From positions 1 through 35,788 of the forward strand of contig JAVZMD010000003.1 of NCBI GenBank assembly GCA_038883435.1: a DNA stretch of 35,788 bases, read 5' to 3'. Under the pieces are notes generated by a model. That model made no database searches. It was not told where the DNA came from and saw nothing but the letters and a program-made list of their open reading frames with translations. Positions 9,473 to 18,735 of this stretch are shown here, piece by piece. Origin of the DNA: Thermoproteota archaeon. Lineage in GTDB: Archaea > Thermoproteota > EX4484-205 > JAAOZP01. The translations under genes and the position numbers were made by a program. Every line of letters begins with the position of its first letter. Within the stretch, counting starts at the first letter, position 1.

Positions 9473-10177
9473 CTACCTCGCCTTTTCGTAATACTTCTTC
9501 ACTTCTTCATAGCTTAAGACCCTAAACTTCTTCTCATCAGTCCTTATTATTCCAATCCTAAGCCTATCCGGAGCCACTTCTTCTTTCAAAACCTCAATAC
9601 TACCCCTAATACCCATCATTATAGCCTCGTCCAAGCTAGTATTCATCGAATAATTATTCCTGAAATACTTCAATATATCCTCCCTACCTATGCCTATCAC
9701 CGATGCGAAATACTTGAAGTATATCCCAGTAGGGTCCAACTGGTAAAGGCTTGCTCCAAGCATGTCAACGCCGCCTATTAGCATCGAAATACCGAAGGGC
9801 CTCATCCCAGCATGCTGAGTATATGCTTGAACAGTATTACTCAGCCTCCTAACGAGATACTCTACGTCAACCGGCTCGTCGTATAGAAACCTGTTAACCT
9901 GCGCCTCATTCCTAGCGTATTCAACCAGGAGCCTAGCGTCAGAATTAAAACCCGCAACCACAGTTCCTATGTGCTCATCTATCTGGAAAAGCTTCTGACT
10001 GAAAGTCCTATCCTGAAGCATATCTATCCTCTTCTCCACACCCGCCAGTACAATACCCTCCTCAACATGAATACCCCACGCCGTCGGACTATTATTTACC
10101 ATAATCATAGCATAATCTACTTGGAGTATTCGTCCGTCGGGTGAGAATCCGTACATCCGTTCATAGCCTGGTATCAT
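9473..10177 (-). CDS. psmA: Proteasome alpha subunit (ORF track starts at 10204; ATG 10177 preferred)
   Basis: FSPDGRILQVDYA, KLFQIDEHIG, SDAR.LV..AR, YTQ..GMRPFG, DPTG. TATA-like AAAGATTATAAG about 30 nt upstream of ATG 10177. Confidence 0.95.
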   Translation of the reverse strand: MIPGYERMYGFSPDGRILQVDYAMIMVNNSPTAWGIHVEEGIVLAGVEKRIDMLQDRTFSQKLFQIDEHIGTVVAGFNSDARLLVEYARNEAQVNRFLYDEPVDVEYLVRRLSNTVQAYTQHAGMRPFGISMLIGGVDMLGASLYQLDPTGIYFKYFASVIGIGREDILKYFRNNYSMNTSLDEAIMMGIRGSIEVLKEEVAPDRLRIGIIRTDEKKFRVLSYEEVKKYYEKAR

Positions 10178-10556
10178 GATTCTGTTTAGATGAGGATTAA
10201 CCAACTCCTTATAATCTTTGCTCCAGTTGGGCTAGGGGGTGAAGAGTTATATCCAGTATACCATAGTAATCGGAATTGGAGCTATAGAAGCACTTGATAA
10301 CGAGAATATGATGAACGAGCTTCATAAGCAGGGTAATAGAGCCCGTAAAGATTAGGAGGGGAGATGAACATCTAAATAGGAAGAACTGACTGCTTTCAGA
10401 CACAGATTAGATCATCTCTCACCATGAATGATAAGCAGATAACTGGAGAAGGCCTATGCCTTAGATGGAAAGTGATTGGCTAATTCCTATCAAAATGCGG
10501 AAATGAGGTTTAGAAGTCTAAAAACTCAAGAGACGCTTTACGGCACGACTTATGGG

Positions 10557-10871
10557 TTAACCGGCTTTACAATCCTCGTCTTGCTGAATCCTCCGAATAC
10601 AGAATTTGTTGATAGCTTTTCTTAAGGTGCCTGAAACACCTATTATTCTCAACCCTAGTGGAGACTGTGACTCCAAACTGCTTATTTTCGCTTTGAGAAC
10701 GGGGACCATTTTATGCGGGCATTTTACAACAGTGACTTCATCATATTTACGGACTATTTTAAAGAAAAAAGTTTTCTGGATGCTGCATGCTTCTTTAAGT
10801 ATGTTAATTAACTTATCGTAATCTTTAGATTCGAATACTACATATCTCGTCTTATACTCTTTTACCGGCAT
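10557..10871 (-). CDS. rnp2: RNase P protein component 2 (Pop5/Rpp14 family)
   Basis: RYVVFE near the N-terminus, VVKC, and the diagnostic LRIIGVSGTLRKA; upstream of psmA as in the conserved superoperon. Confidence 0.85.
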   Translation of the reverse strand: MPVKEYKTRYVVFESKDYDKLINILKEACSIQKTFFFKIVRKYDEVTVVKCPHKMVPVLKAKISSLESQSPLGLRIIGVSGTLRKAINKFCIRRIQQDEDCKAG

Positions 10872-10934
10872 TTTCGTCTTCCTATCTCCTTAATTTTCAG
10901 GGGAGATAAACCTATATAGTGAGAATGGGAATCG

Positions 10935-13409
10935 ATGGTAAGTAAGAAAAGAGAGATGGAAGAGAGAAAGGGGCTGATGCTGGTTTCCGCCTCCTACGAT
11001 GGGAGCAATAGGAGGGTTTTGCTTAAACTGTATGATCCGGAGAAGCAGGAGATAGTTGTTTTCCCATCTACTGATAACCATCAACCCTACTTATTGACCG
11101 ATTTAAGCATAGAGGAGTTAATGAGCAATCAGCAGTTGATCAATCATCACGGGTTCGATAGGATTGAAGAAGTTAGAAAGTACGACTTGCTAGAGGATAG
11201 AGAAAGAACCCTCAGGAAAATAATTGCGAAAGACCCCTTGTCAATAGGTGGGTCTGCAACATCCATAAGGGAAATACTCGGGAGGGTTTGGGAGGCCGAT
11301 ATTCACTATACTTGGTGTTACATATACGATACGGATAAGAAACCGGGGCTTTACTACGATATGGTTGACGGCAGGCTTATTGAAAGGCGTTTAGAAACAG
11401 TGTTGGAGGAAGTTGTTAAGCCCCCTGAGTCTCAATATCCTGAGATAAGGGAGTTGATTGAAATACTCAACCAGCCGATACCCTTTATGAAGCTTTCCTC
11501 AATCGACATAGAGGTTAAGCCCCCTGGTCCAAACCATGTTCCTGATGCTAATAAGGCGGAGGACCCGGTGATCTCTGTGGCTTTCAAATCTAATACGGAT
11601 GTAAGCGTAGTCTACGTTCTCGATGATTTCGACGGAGAAGAGTATGATGGGACTAAGAAGATAATTCATATCTCTAGTGAGGAAAGGCTTTTGAAAGAAG
11701 TCTTTAAGGAAATTAGGAAATGCCCGTTCTTAGTAACTTTTAACGGTGATAAGTTCGACCTTCTATACTTGTACAATAGGGCTGGTAAACTGTCGTTAGA
11801 AGAGGAACCCCTTTTAGAAAAAGGTAGGGATTACATTAACCTTGTTAACGGAGTGCATATAGACCTCTATAGGGTTTTCTTCAATAAATCTATACAAAAT
11901 TATGCATATGGAGGAGTATATAAAGAAGTTACACTTGACGCTATTGGAAAGGCCCTGATTGGCAAGGGTAAAATAACCCTAACTGAAGACATTTCCCTTC
12001 TGAAACCTAAAGAGCTTGCTGAATACTGTTTTAGAGATGCGGAGATAACGTTCGACCTGATCGCTAACAAGGATTACCTACTTCTCAAGCTCCTAGTGCT
12101 TTTCATGAGGATAAGTAGACTACCTATGGAGGATGTTGTTAGACACGGCGTCTCCACGTGGATTAAGAGCATGCTTCTAAGCCTGCATAGGAAGAACAAT
12201 TATCTAATACCGAGACAAGAGGATATTCTGCAACTTAAAAGCGAGAAGAAGTCCGAGGCTATTATAAAAGGCAAGAAGTATAGGGGTGCAATAGTACTAG
12301 AGCCTAAACCCGGCTTATACTTTAACCTTGTAATTCTCGATTTCGCATCGCTGTATCCAAGCATAATAATGAACTTCAACATAAGCTACGAGACGGTCAG
12401 ATGTGTCCATGAAGAATGTAAGGGCAACACTCCTATGAATTCGCCACATTGGATATGTGTGAAAAGGAGGGGTGTGGAAAGCTCAATAATAGGTGCTTTA
12501 AGAGACCTTCGAGTAAAATATTACCAGCCCCTCTCTAAGAAGGCAGAAACGCCTGAGAAGCGTGCTTTTTACGATGTCGTACAGAGGGCGATAAAAGTTT
12601 TCATAAACGCTAGTTACGGTGTCATGGGGGCGGACTCTTTCCATTTCTATGCTCCATCGGCTGCTGAAACAGTAACTTGGATAGGTAGGGGAATATTCAC
12701 TGAACTTGTTGAAACTGCGAAGAACCTTGGCATAGATGTTGTTTACGGCGATACTGATTCAATATTTCTCAGAAATCCCAAGCCGCATGAGGTTGAGAAA
12801 CTTATTGAGTTTGTAAGGGAGAAGTATAACATTGAGCTTAATATCGATAAGGTTTACAGATACGGGGTTTTCAGCCAGCGTAAGAAGAACTATCTTGGAG
12901 TTACTGAAGACGGTAATGTTGACATAAAGGGTCTTGTGGGGAAGAAGAGTTCGACACCAAAGTTTGTAAAACAGGCTTTCCACGATATGGTTAGCATGCT
13001 CAGCAAGGTTAGGAACGAGGAAGAGTTTAACGCGGCTGTAGAAAGCATAAAGAATATGATAAACGAGTATGTTGAAAAGCTTGTGAACAGGCAGCTTAGC
13101 CTCGATGAGCTCGCTTTCGACGTAATGTTAAGTAAGCCTTTGAACGATTATGATAAGAATACTCCGCAACACGTTAAGGCGGCTAAACAGCTTGAGAGGG
13201 AACTGGGTTTTAAAGCAAGGGCCGGAGACATAATATCTTACGTCAAGGTTAAAAACGGTGTTAAGCCCGTTAAGCTAGCTAGAATAGAAGAGATAGACCT
13301 GGACAAGTATCTTGAAGTTATGAGGGCTACTTTTGAACAAGTCCTTGATCCCCTAGGTATAGAGATAGAGCCTCCTAGGAGGAGCTTAAAGCTTAAAGAC
13401 TTCATGTAA
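10935..13409 (+). CDS. polB1: Family B DNA polymerase, archaeal PolB1 type
   Basis: Exonuclease motifs DIEV, FNGDKFD, YCFRDA; polymerase motifs DFASLYPS, K...NASYG, YGDTDS, KKNY; B1-type N-terminus (LKLYD, H.PY, DPLSIGG, WEADI.Y). No intein-sized insertion. Confidence 0.95.
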   Translation: MVSKKREMEERKGLMLVSASYDGSNRRVLLKLYDPEKQEIVVFPSTDNHQPYLLTDLSIEELMSNQQLINHHGFDRIEEVRKYDLLEDRERTLRKIIAKDPLSIGGSATSIREILGRVWEADIHYTWCYIYDTDKKPGLYYDMVDGRLIERRLETVLEEVVKPPESQYPEIRELIEILNQPIPFMKLSSIDIEVKPPGPNHVPDANKAEDPVISVAFKSNTDVSVVYVLDDFDGEEYDGTKKIIHISSEERLLKEVFKEIRKCPFLVTFNGDKFDLLYLYNRAGKLSLEEEPLLEKGRDYINLVNGVHIDLYRVFFNKSIQNYAYGGVYKEVTLDAIGKALIGKGKITLTEDISLLKPKELAEYCFRDAEITFDLIANKDYLLLKLLVLFMRISRLPMEDVVRHGVSTWIKSMLLSLHRKNNYLIPRQEDILQLKSEKKSEAIIKGKKYRGAIVLEPKPGLYFNLVILDFASLYPSIIMNFNISYETVRCVHEECKGNTPMNSPHWICVKRRGVESSIIGALRDLRVKYYQPLSKKAETPEKRAFYDVVQRAIKVFINASYGVMGADSFHFYAPSAAETVTWIGRGIFTELVETAKNLGIDVVYGDTDSIFLRNPKPHEVEKLIEFVREKYNIELNIDKVYRYGVFSQRKKNYLGVTEDGNVDIKGLVGKKSSTPKFVKQAFHDMVSMLSKVRNEEEFNAAVESIKNMINEYVEKLVNRQLSLDELAFDVMLSKPLNDYDKNTPQHVKAAKQLERELGFKARAGDIISYVKVKNGVKPVKLARIEEIDLDKYLEVMRATFEQVLDPLGIEIEPPRRSLKLKDFM

Positions 13410-13428
13410 TAGCAATAAATGTTGTTAA

Positions 13429-14376
13429 ATGGGTAAGAAACCTAGTGTTATAGTAGTTGGAGCAGGCGGTTTCGGGAAAAATCACGTTAGAGTCCTTGCA
13501 GAACTTGGAAGCTTAGGCGGCGTATGCGATATAGATAAGGAGAGAGCCAGCATGTATGGAAAGCTCTACAACGTTCCCTATTATGTAAACGTCTCTGACG
13601 TTCCTGAAGAAACATATGATGGAGCGATAGTTTCAACACCCACTTCAACACATAAAGATGTTGCGATGCAACTGGCATTGAAAAAAATTGGATATATCTT
13701 CATAGAGAAGCCTTTTACTCCGACAGTGAAGGAGGCGATTGAACTCATTGATTTCCTTAAGAAGAGGAGTGTTAAAATAATGGTTGGTTTCATTGAAAGA
13801 TTCAACCCAGCCATAAGGGTGGTTAAGAAATATATCGATGAAGAGGCTTTGGGCGAGATAATCATGGCCTCGGCGACGAGAGTAAGAAGATGGCCTGAAA
13901 GAATAGCTGATTCGGGGGTCCTATTGGACACTGCAATCCACGACGTTGACTTGATGAGATACCTTTTTTCAGAAGACCCGATTAGAGTATATGCTAAAAC
14001 AGGAAAGTCGATGCATAGGATTCATGAGGACTATGCGACAATACTGCTAACATTCTCCAGTGGGAAAATGGCCATAATTAACGCAAATTGGTTGACCCCC
14101 TACAAGATAAGGAGTATAGAGGTAATAGGGTCAGAGGGTGTGGTTGAAGCCGACTTGGTTACGCAACAAGTGACTCTCAGCTCTAAGGATGATAGGATAA
14201 CCCCGTTCTCCGAATGGAGCGAGCCTCTTCGCTACGAGTTGAAACATTTCTTACACTGTATAATTAGTAATGAAAACCCTGCTCCTGGAGGGGATGATGC
14301 GGTAAAGGCGCTTGAAATAATCGAGGCCAGTCTGAAATCCTCTAGAACAGGGAATTCCGTGGAGATAGGCACGTAA
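13429..14376 (+). CDS. Gfo/Idh/MocA family NAD-dependent oxidoreductase
   Basis: GAGGFG Rossmann motif, TPT..H, EKP, VGFIERFNP, DTAIHDVD. Substrate cannot be assigned. Confidence 0.92.
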   Translation: MGKKPSVIVVGAGGFGKNHVRVLAELGSLGGVCDIDKERASMYGKLYNVPYYVNVSDVPEETYDGAIVSTPTSTHKDVAMQLALKKIGYIFIEKPFTPTVKEAIELIDFLKKRSVKIMVGFIERFNPAIRVVKKYIDEEALGEIIMASATRVRRWPERIADSGVLLDTAIHDVDLMRYLFSEDPIRVYAKTGKSMHRIHEDYATILLTFSSGKMAIINANWLTPYKIRSIEVIGSEGVVEADLVTQQVTLSSKDDRITPFSEWSEPLRYELKHFLHCIISNENPAPGGDDAVKALEIIEASLKSSRTGNSVEIGT

Positions 14377-14411
14377 CCTTTTTAAAAAGCTGCTTAAAGG
14401 GATGCGTAGTA

Positions 14412-14804
14412 TTGAACTCGGGAGAAGAGGCTAGGAAAACAGCATTGCTAAAGAATGCTATTCTAGGGAAGAGAATACTCAACCTGTCCCTAGGCATAAT
14501 CCTTGCAGCAACATATTTTTTAACAGGCGTTGCAACAGGTGGTGAAGCATACCACTTAATTATTGCAGGAGCACTAATAGGACTCTCCACATGCATAAGG
14601 TTGATTTCCGAAACGATGCTCAAGAGGATTGTACGCTACATGTTTTTAACCGGGGTGGTGATGGGGGTTGTCGGGGCATCACAACCATTATACTTCACAA
14701 TCCTATACGGAATAATGTCTCCCACGGATCTGGTGTTCAGCATAGGTTGCATAGTCCTTACAATAATAACCGTTTCCAGAATAAGGAATTTCAACATACT
14801 GTAA
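14412..14804 (+). CDS. Hypothetical membrane protein (about 4 TM helices)
   Basis: 130-aa ORF with four hydrophobic segments, fills the gap between co-oriented genes, TATA-like CTTTTTAAAA upstream. Confidence 0.7.
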   Translation: MNSGEEARKTALLKNAILGKRILNLSLGIILAATYFLTGVATGGEAYHLIIAGALIGLSTCIRLISETMLKRIVRYMFLTGVVMGVVGASQPLYFTILYGIMSPTDLVFSIGCIVLTIITVSRIRNFNIL

Positions 14805-14863
14805 GGGAAGAATCAGAGATAATAGAAAAGTTAATTACTACCTTTCATAGCTGAATACGAGTA

Positions 14864-15355
14864 TTGAATAAGTCAAACGTGCTAGCAATCGGTGTGCTGC
14901 TAGTAGGGCTTAGTCTGTATTTCCAGAGTAGTCAAGGAATGATCAGAGATAAGCTAATCGAATACTTACGCGGAGAAGGTAACTTCACGTCGCTTATAAC
15001 GATACTCTTTTGGTCTGGCTTCATAGTAGTGATAATTTCAATATTGATCAAACCTAAAAAGAGAAGAATAGAGATTCCTGCTGAAACTGTTGAGGAGATT
15101 CCGCAGAAGAGAGTAGAAGCTTCGTACGAAGTCGGGGAAACTGTGGAAGCGAGTGAGGCGGGGGTTGAGCAAGAATATGAGGAAGCTCCCCTGCCTCCCG
15201 AGGAGACGGTGGAAGAGGATGTGCAAGAGGAGGCTGTTGAGGAAGAAGAAAAACCTGGGAAAGTTGGTGAGGTAATTGGTTTCTGTCCAAGATGTGGAGC
15301 TCCAGTTACTGAAGGAGTAAGATATTGTAGAAAATGTGGTCTTAAACTGAAATAG
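14864..15355 (+). CDS. Membrane-anchored protein with acidic linker and C-terminal double-CxxC zinc ribbon
   Basis: Two N-terminal hydrophobic segments, Glu-rich low-complexity middle, FCPRCG...RYCRKCG terminus. Confidence 0.85.
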   Translation: MNKSNVLAIGVLLVGLSLYFQSSQGMIRDKLIEYLRGEGNFTSLITILFWSGFIVVIISILIKPKKRRIEIPAETVEEIPQKRVEASYEVGETVEASEAGVEQEYEEAPLPPEETVEEDVQEEAVEEEEKPGKVGEVIGFCPRCGAPVTEGVRYCRKCGLKLK

Positions 15356-15409
15356 GCCTGTGTTTCGCATCAAGAGTTAATTTTATAAGGGTAAAATAAT
15401 ACTTTCTTT

Positions 15410-16483
15410 TTGAATCAGAGGTTGGGAAAAATAAAAGTAGCAATAGCTGGTGTTGGAAACTGTGCATCTGCTCTAGTCCAAGGGGTGTACTACTATCGGG
15501 AGGGGGATGAGCAAACAGGCTTGGCGCATCCCGAGGTCGGCGGCTATAAGCCGGAGGACATAGAGTTTGTAGCCGCCTTTGATGTGGATCGTAGGAAAGT
15601 GGGTAAGGATTTAAGCGAAGCAATATTCGAGAAGCCAAATAACACGATAAGATTTCAAGAAGTTCCTAAAATCGGCGTGACAGTAAAGAAGGGGCCTGTA
15701 TTGGATGGGATAGGAAGATATCTAAGGGAAGTTGTAAAATTCTCAGAGGATAAGGATGTAGACATTGTCGAAGAGTTGAAATCTTCTGGCGCAGAGATTC
15801 TGATAAACTATCTTCCTGTTGGCAGTGAGAATGGGAGCCGTTTCTACGCTCAGTCCGCATTGGAGGCTGATGCAGCATTCATAAACGCTATGCCGACTTT
15901 CATAGCATCCTCTGAAGAATGGCAGAAAAAATTTGAGGAAAAAGGACTGCCTATTGCGGGCGACGATGTTATGAGCCAGCTTGGCGCAACAGTTTTACAC
16001 AAGACACTGATAAAACTCCTCGTCGACCGGGGGGTTAAGGTTGATGAGTCCTACCAGCTCAACATAGGTGGAGACACAGATTTTCTAAATATGCTGGAGC
16101 AGCAGAGGCTTGTTTCGAAAAGAGAGAGTAAGACTTCAGCGGTCAGAGCAATGTCTCCTTACAAGATGCCTCTGAGAATAGGTCCCAGCGACTATATTCC
16201 TTTTCTAGAGAATGAGAAAATATGCTACATATGGATCAAAGGCAGGTATTTCGGCGGGGCACCACTGTCCATAGACCTTAAGCTTTCAGTAATAGATTCG
16301 CCGAATAGTGCAGGTGTAATAATAGATGCTTTGAGAGGAGTGAAAGTCGCTCTTGACAGGGGTATTAGTGGGCCGCTTATAAGCGTATCCGCATACTGTT
16401 TTAAACATCCTCCGGTTCAAATGCCATATGAAGAGGCTAAGAGAAGGTTCGAAGAGTTTGTAAGAGGGGAGCGTGAAAGATAG
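15410..16483 (+). CDS. ino1: Myo-inositol-1-phosphate synthase (likely start TTG 15422)
   Basis: GVGNCASALVQG, NYLPVGS, GDD.MSQLGAT..H, YQLNIGG.TDFLNM, GPSDY, DSPNSAG. Confidence 0.96.
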   Translation: MNQRLGKIKVAIAGVGNCASALVQGVYYYREGDEQTGLAHPEVGGYKPEDIEFVAAFDVDRRKVGKDLSEAIFEKPNNTIRFQEVPKIGVTVKKGPVLDGIGRYLREVVKFSEDKDVDIVEELKSSGAEILINYLPVGSENGSRFYAQSALEADAAFINAMPTFIASSEEWQKKFEEKGLPIAGDDVMSQLGATVLHKTLIKLLVDRGVKVDESYQLNIGGDTDFLNMLEQQRLVSKRESKTSAVRAMSPYKMPLRIGPSDYIPFLENEKICYIWIKGRYFGGAPLSIDLKLSVIDSPNSAGVIIDALRGVKVALDRGISGPLISVSAYCFKHPPVQMPYEEAKRRFEEFVRGERER

Positions 16484-16498
16484 GTTTATCTCCTATTT

Positions 16499-16921
16499 TT
16501 AAGAGTTGACTCTAAGCTCCACAGTAGCTTCAAAACCTTCTTTCAACTTTTCAACTATTCTCCGATCTATATCTATAGCGCTCTTACTGCTTTTAATCCC
16601 CACAGTCTTGTCGCAAATATACGCGCTTTTCCTGAAGACCATTGTAGAATCGTCCCTGAAGGTCAGAGCCGGATCACCATAGCAATAAAACTCGTCTACA
16701 AGTTCCCCAACGATTACTTTAACGATTATCTTAACCGGTTTTCTAGCAGCATTCTTAAAGCCGTCTGAGAGCGTTCTCGGAGACTTATCTGCGGAGACTA
16801 GGAGGAAGCAATCTCCAGTTCTCTCTATTTCTGCATCTCTGGTAATAGCCAGTGTAGTTGTATGAGTTGCCCTTATATTCCTATGGCCTTTTCCACGGAC
16901 TGTTTCTATGACTATACCCAT
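16499..16921 (-). CDS. DUF371 family protein
   Basis: GHRNIRATH.TT...TRD, GDC, G.P.L, MVFRKS, KSA.DIDR motifs. Confidence 0.9.
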   Translation of the reverse strand: MGIVIETVRGKGHRNIRATHTTTLAITRDAEIERTGDCFLLVSADKSPRTLSDGFKNAARKPVKIIVKVIVGELVDEFYCYGDPALTFRDDSTMVFRKSAYICDKTVGIKSSKSAIDIDRRIVEKLKEGFEATVELRVNS

Positions 16922-16978
16922 GTCCAGGCGAAAAATAGTTTTATTCTTAAATTTAAGAAATACTGTTGATAAAAGGGG

Positions 16979-17668
16979 ATGAATGTCTTAGACCAGTATT
17001 TTGAAGAACGGAAGAGACTGGTGAAGCGTCTTGTTGAAGAGGGCATTATAAAATCGGAGAAGGTGAAGAATGCTATGCTTAGAATTCCTAGGCATGAGTT
17101 CGTATGGCCAGACCAGTTGAAATATGCTTACGAGGATACTCCTCTCCCCCTAGGGGAAACAAACCAGACAGTATCGGCTCCTCACATGGTCGCTATGATG
17201 AACGAGCTTCTCGACGTTCAAATAGGAGATAAAATTCTTGAAGTGGGTACAGGAGGCGGATACCATGCTGCTACGCTCGCTTTCTTAACCTGTCCCACTC
17301 TCGATTCCCCTCAACCGTTGGTTTTCACGATTGAAATAAACCCTAGACTCGCCGAATTTGCGAGGAGGAATCTCTCTAAACTCGGATTGGATAAGGTTGT
17401 TAGGGTAATACAGGGTGATGGGTCTAAGGGCTATTGGGAAAAAGCTCCTTACGATTGTATCTCGGTGACTGCAGCGGCACCGAGGATCCCAAAGCCGCTT
17501 ATAGAACAGTTAAAGCCAAATGGGAGAATGGTGATACCTGTTCAATCCGAGTTTTTTGAACAAAACCTCCTTCTTGTCAAGAAGGATGAGAAAGGTAGAG
17601 TGAGTACTTTTAACATGGGTCCAGTAATATTTGTCCCGCTCCGTGGAGAGTATGGTTTCAGTTTTTAA
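16979..17668 (+). CDS. pcm: Protein-L-isoaspartate O-methyltransferase
   Basis: PRHEFV, AYED.PL, QTVSAPHM, LEVGTG.GY.AA, GDGSKG, VTAAA, FVPL. Confidence 0.96.
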   Translation: MNVLDQYFEERKRLVKRLVEEGIIKSEKVKNAMLRIPRHEFVWPDQLKYAYEDTPLPLGETNQTVSAPHMVAMMNELLDVQIGDKILEVGTGGGYHAATLAFLTCPTLDSPQPLVFTIEINPRLAEFARRNLSKLGLDKVVRVIQGDGSKGYWEKAPYDCISVTAAAPRIPKPLIEQLKPNGRMVIPVQSEFFEQNLLLVKKDEKGRVSTFNMGPVIFVPLRGEYGFSF

Positions 17669-18687
17669 AACCACTTGGATAAGGCTCCTTCGGCAGTCTT
17701 TTTCTTCTTTACCTCTTCAATGGCCTTGGTAATCCTATCTATGGAAAAATCATGCTCATCGTGTAGAAATCTTACAACGCCTTCTTCATCAATATCCTTC
17801 CACTCGAGTTCGCCTAAGTCTTTGACTTCAGGATGGAGGAAAAACTCCTTAGCCTCGTAATACTTTGAAACCTTAGATGGGTCCTCTCCATATTTCTTAA
17901 AAATATCATCTAGGCTCATCCTGCTTCTAACTAGTTCCAACGCTCTCTTTGGCCCTATGCCCTTTACTCCCTCAGTATAGTCGGTGCCTACGAGTAGGGC
18001 GATATCTATCAGCTGTTCTCTTGTGATCGCCAATGTTTTCAAGGTTTCATCTAACGATATTTCCTCCGGGTTAACTTCGACATACGCCTTTTTACCTGGA
18101 AGTTTCCTCCTGCCTGTTATCGTAAGGTTTCTCACAAGCATCTTACCACCGAAAAGTAGGGAATCGAAATCTTGGCTCCCAACGTAATCTGCCACACCTG
18201 TGGCAACCATGTGTGCAGCCTGGGCCTCGCCTTCCGAGGGCGCGTGGACAACCGGTATTCCCATTAAGAGAATCAGCTTCTCAGCAGACTGGATAAGGTA
18301 CTCGTCTAAAGTTGCAGACATCTGAGCATACTTACGTGCCTCCTCAACCCTCCCCGCTGCTAGAGCCTCCTCGTATTTCCTGGAGGCTTCTTCACGTAAC
18401 ATCCTCCTCCTCTCAGCCTCCTCCCTCTTAATCTTAGGGGGTTCACCATCGAATACGTAGATGGGCTTAAGCCCTGCGGAGAGAAAGTTACATGTCCTGT
18501 AGAATATTCCTGAGAGGTGGCTCGTTATCCTGCCTTTAGAATCCATTAGGGGCCTTCCATCAACCCCCCTTATTATCGTAAGGAATTGATAGAGCGTGTT
18601 ATACATGTCTATAGCAATCCTCTTGTTAGCAAGGTCTTCAAGCCTTATCTCCTTAGCTGGGATTATATCCCCCAGTTGAACACCCAT
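17665..18687 (-). CDS. fen: Flap endonuclease 1
   Basis: MGV start, LYQFL..IR, TSHLSG, VFDG.PP, APSEGEAQ, SQDFD.LLFG, GTDY..G.KGIGPK. Confidence 0.97.
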   Translation of the reverse strand: MGVQLGDIIPAKEIRLEDLANKRIAIDMYNTLYQFLTIIRGVDGRPLMDSKGRITSHLSGIFYRTCNFLSAGLKPIYVFDGEPPKIKREEAERRRMLREEASRKYEEALAAGRVEEARKYAQMSATLDEYLIQSAEKLILLMGIPVVHAPSEGEAQAAHMVATGVADYVGSQDFDSLLFGGKMLVRNLTITGRRKLPGKKAYVEVNPEEISLDETLKTLAITREQLIDIALLVGTDYTEGVKGIGPKRALELVRSRMSLDDIFKKYGEDPSKVSKYYEAKEFFLHPEVKDLGELEWKDIDEEGVVRFLHDEHDFSIDRITKAIEEVKKKKTAEGALSKWF

Positions 18688-18735
18688 TCCAAATGTACGA
18701 TGCTCAGGAGGCTATTAACGGTTTCGGAAAAGCTG

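Noticed and set aside
10209-10403. 64-aa minus-strand ORF upstream of psmA
   Set aside because: No similarity to Rpp30, L15e or any family I recognise, and it overlaps the likely psmA promoter.
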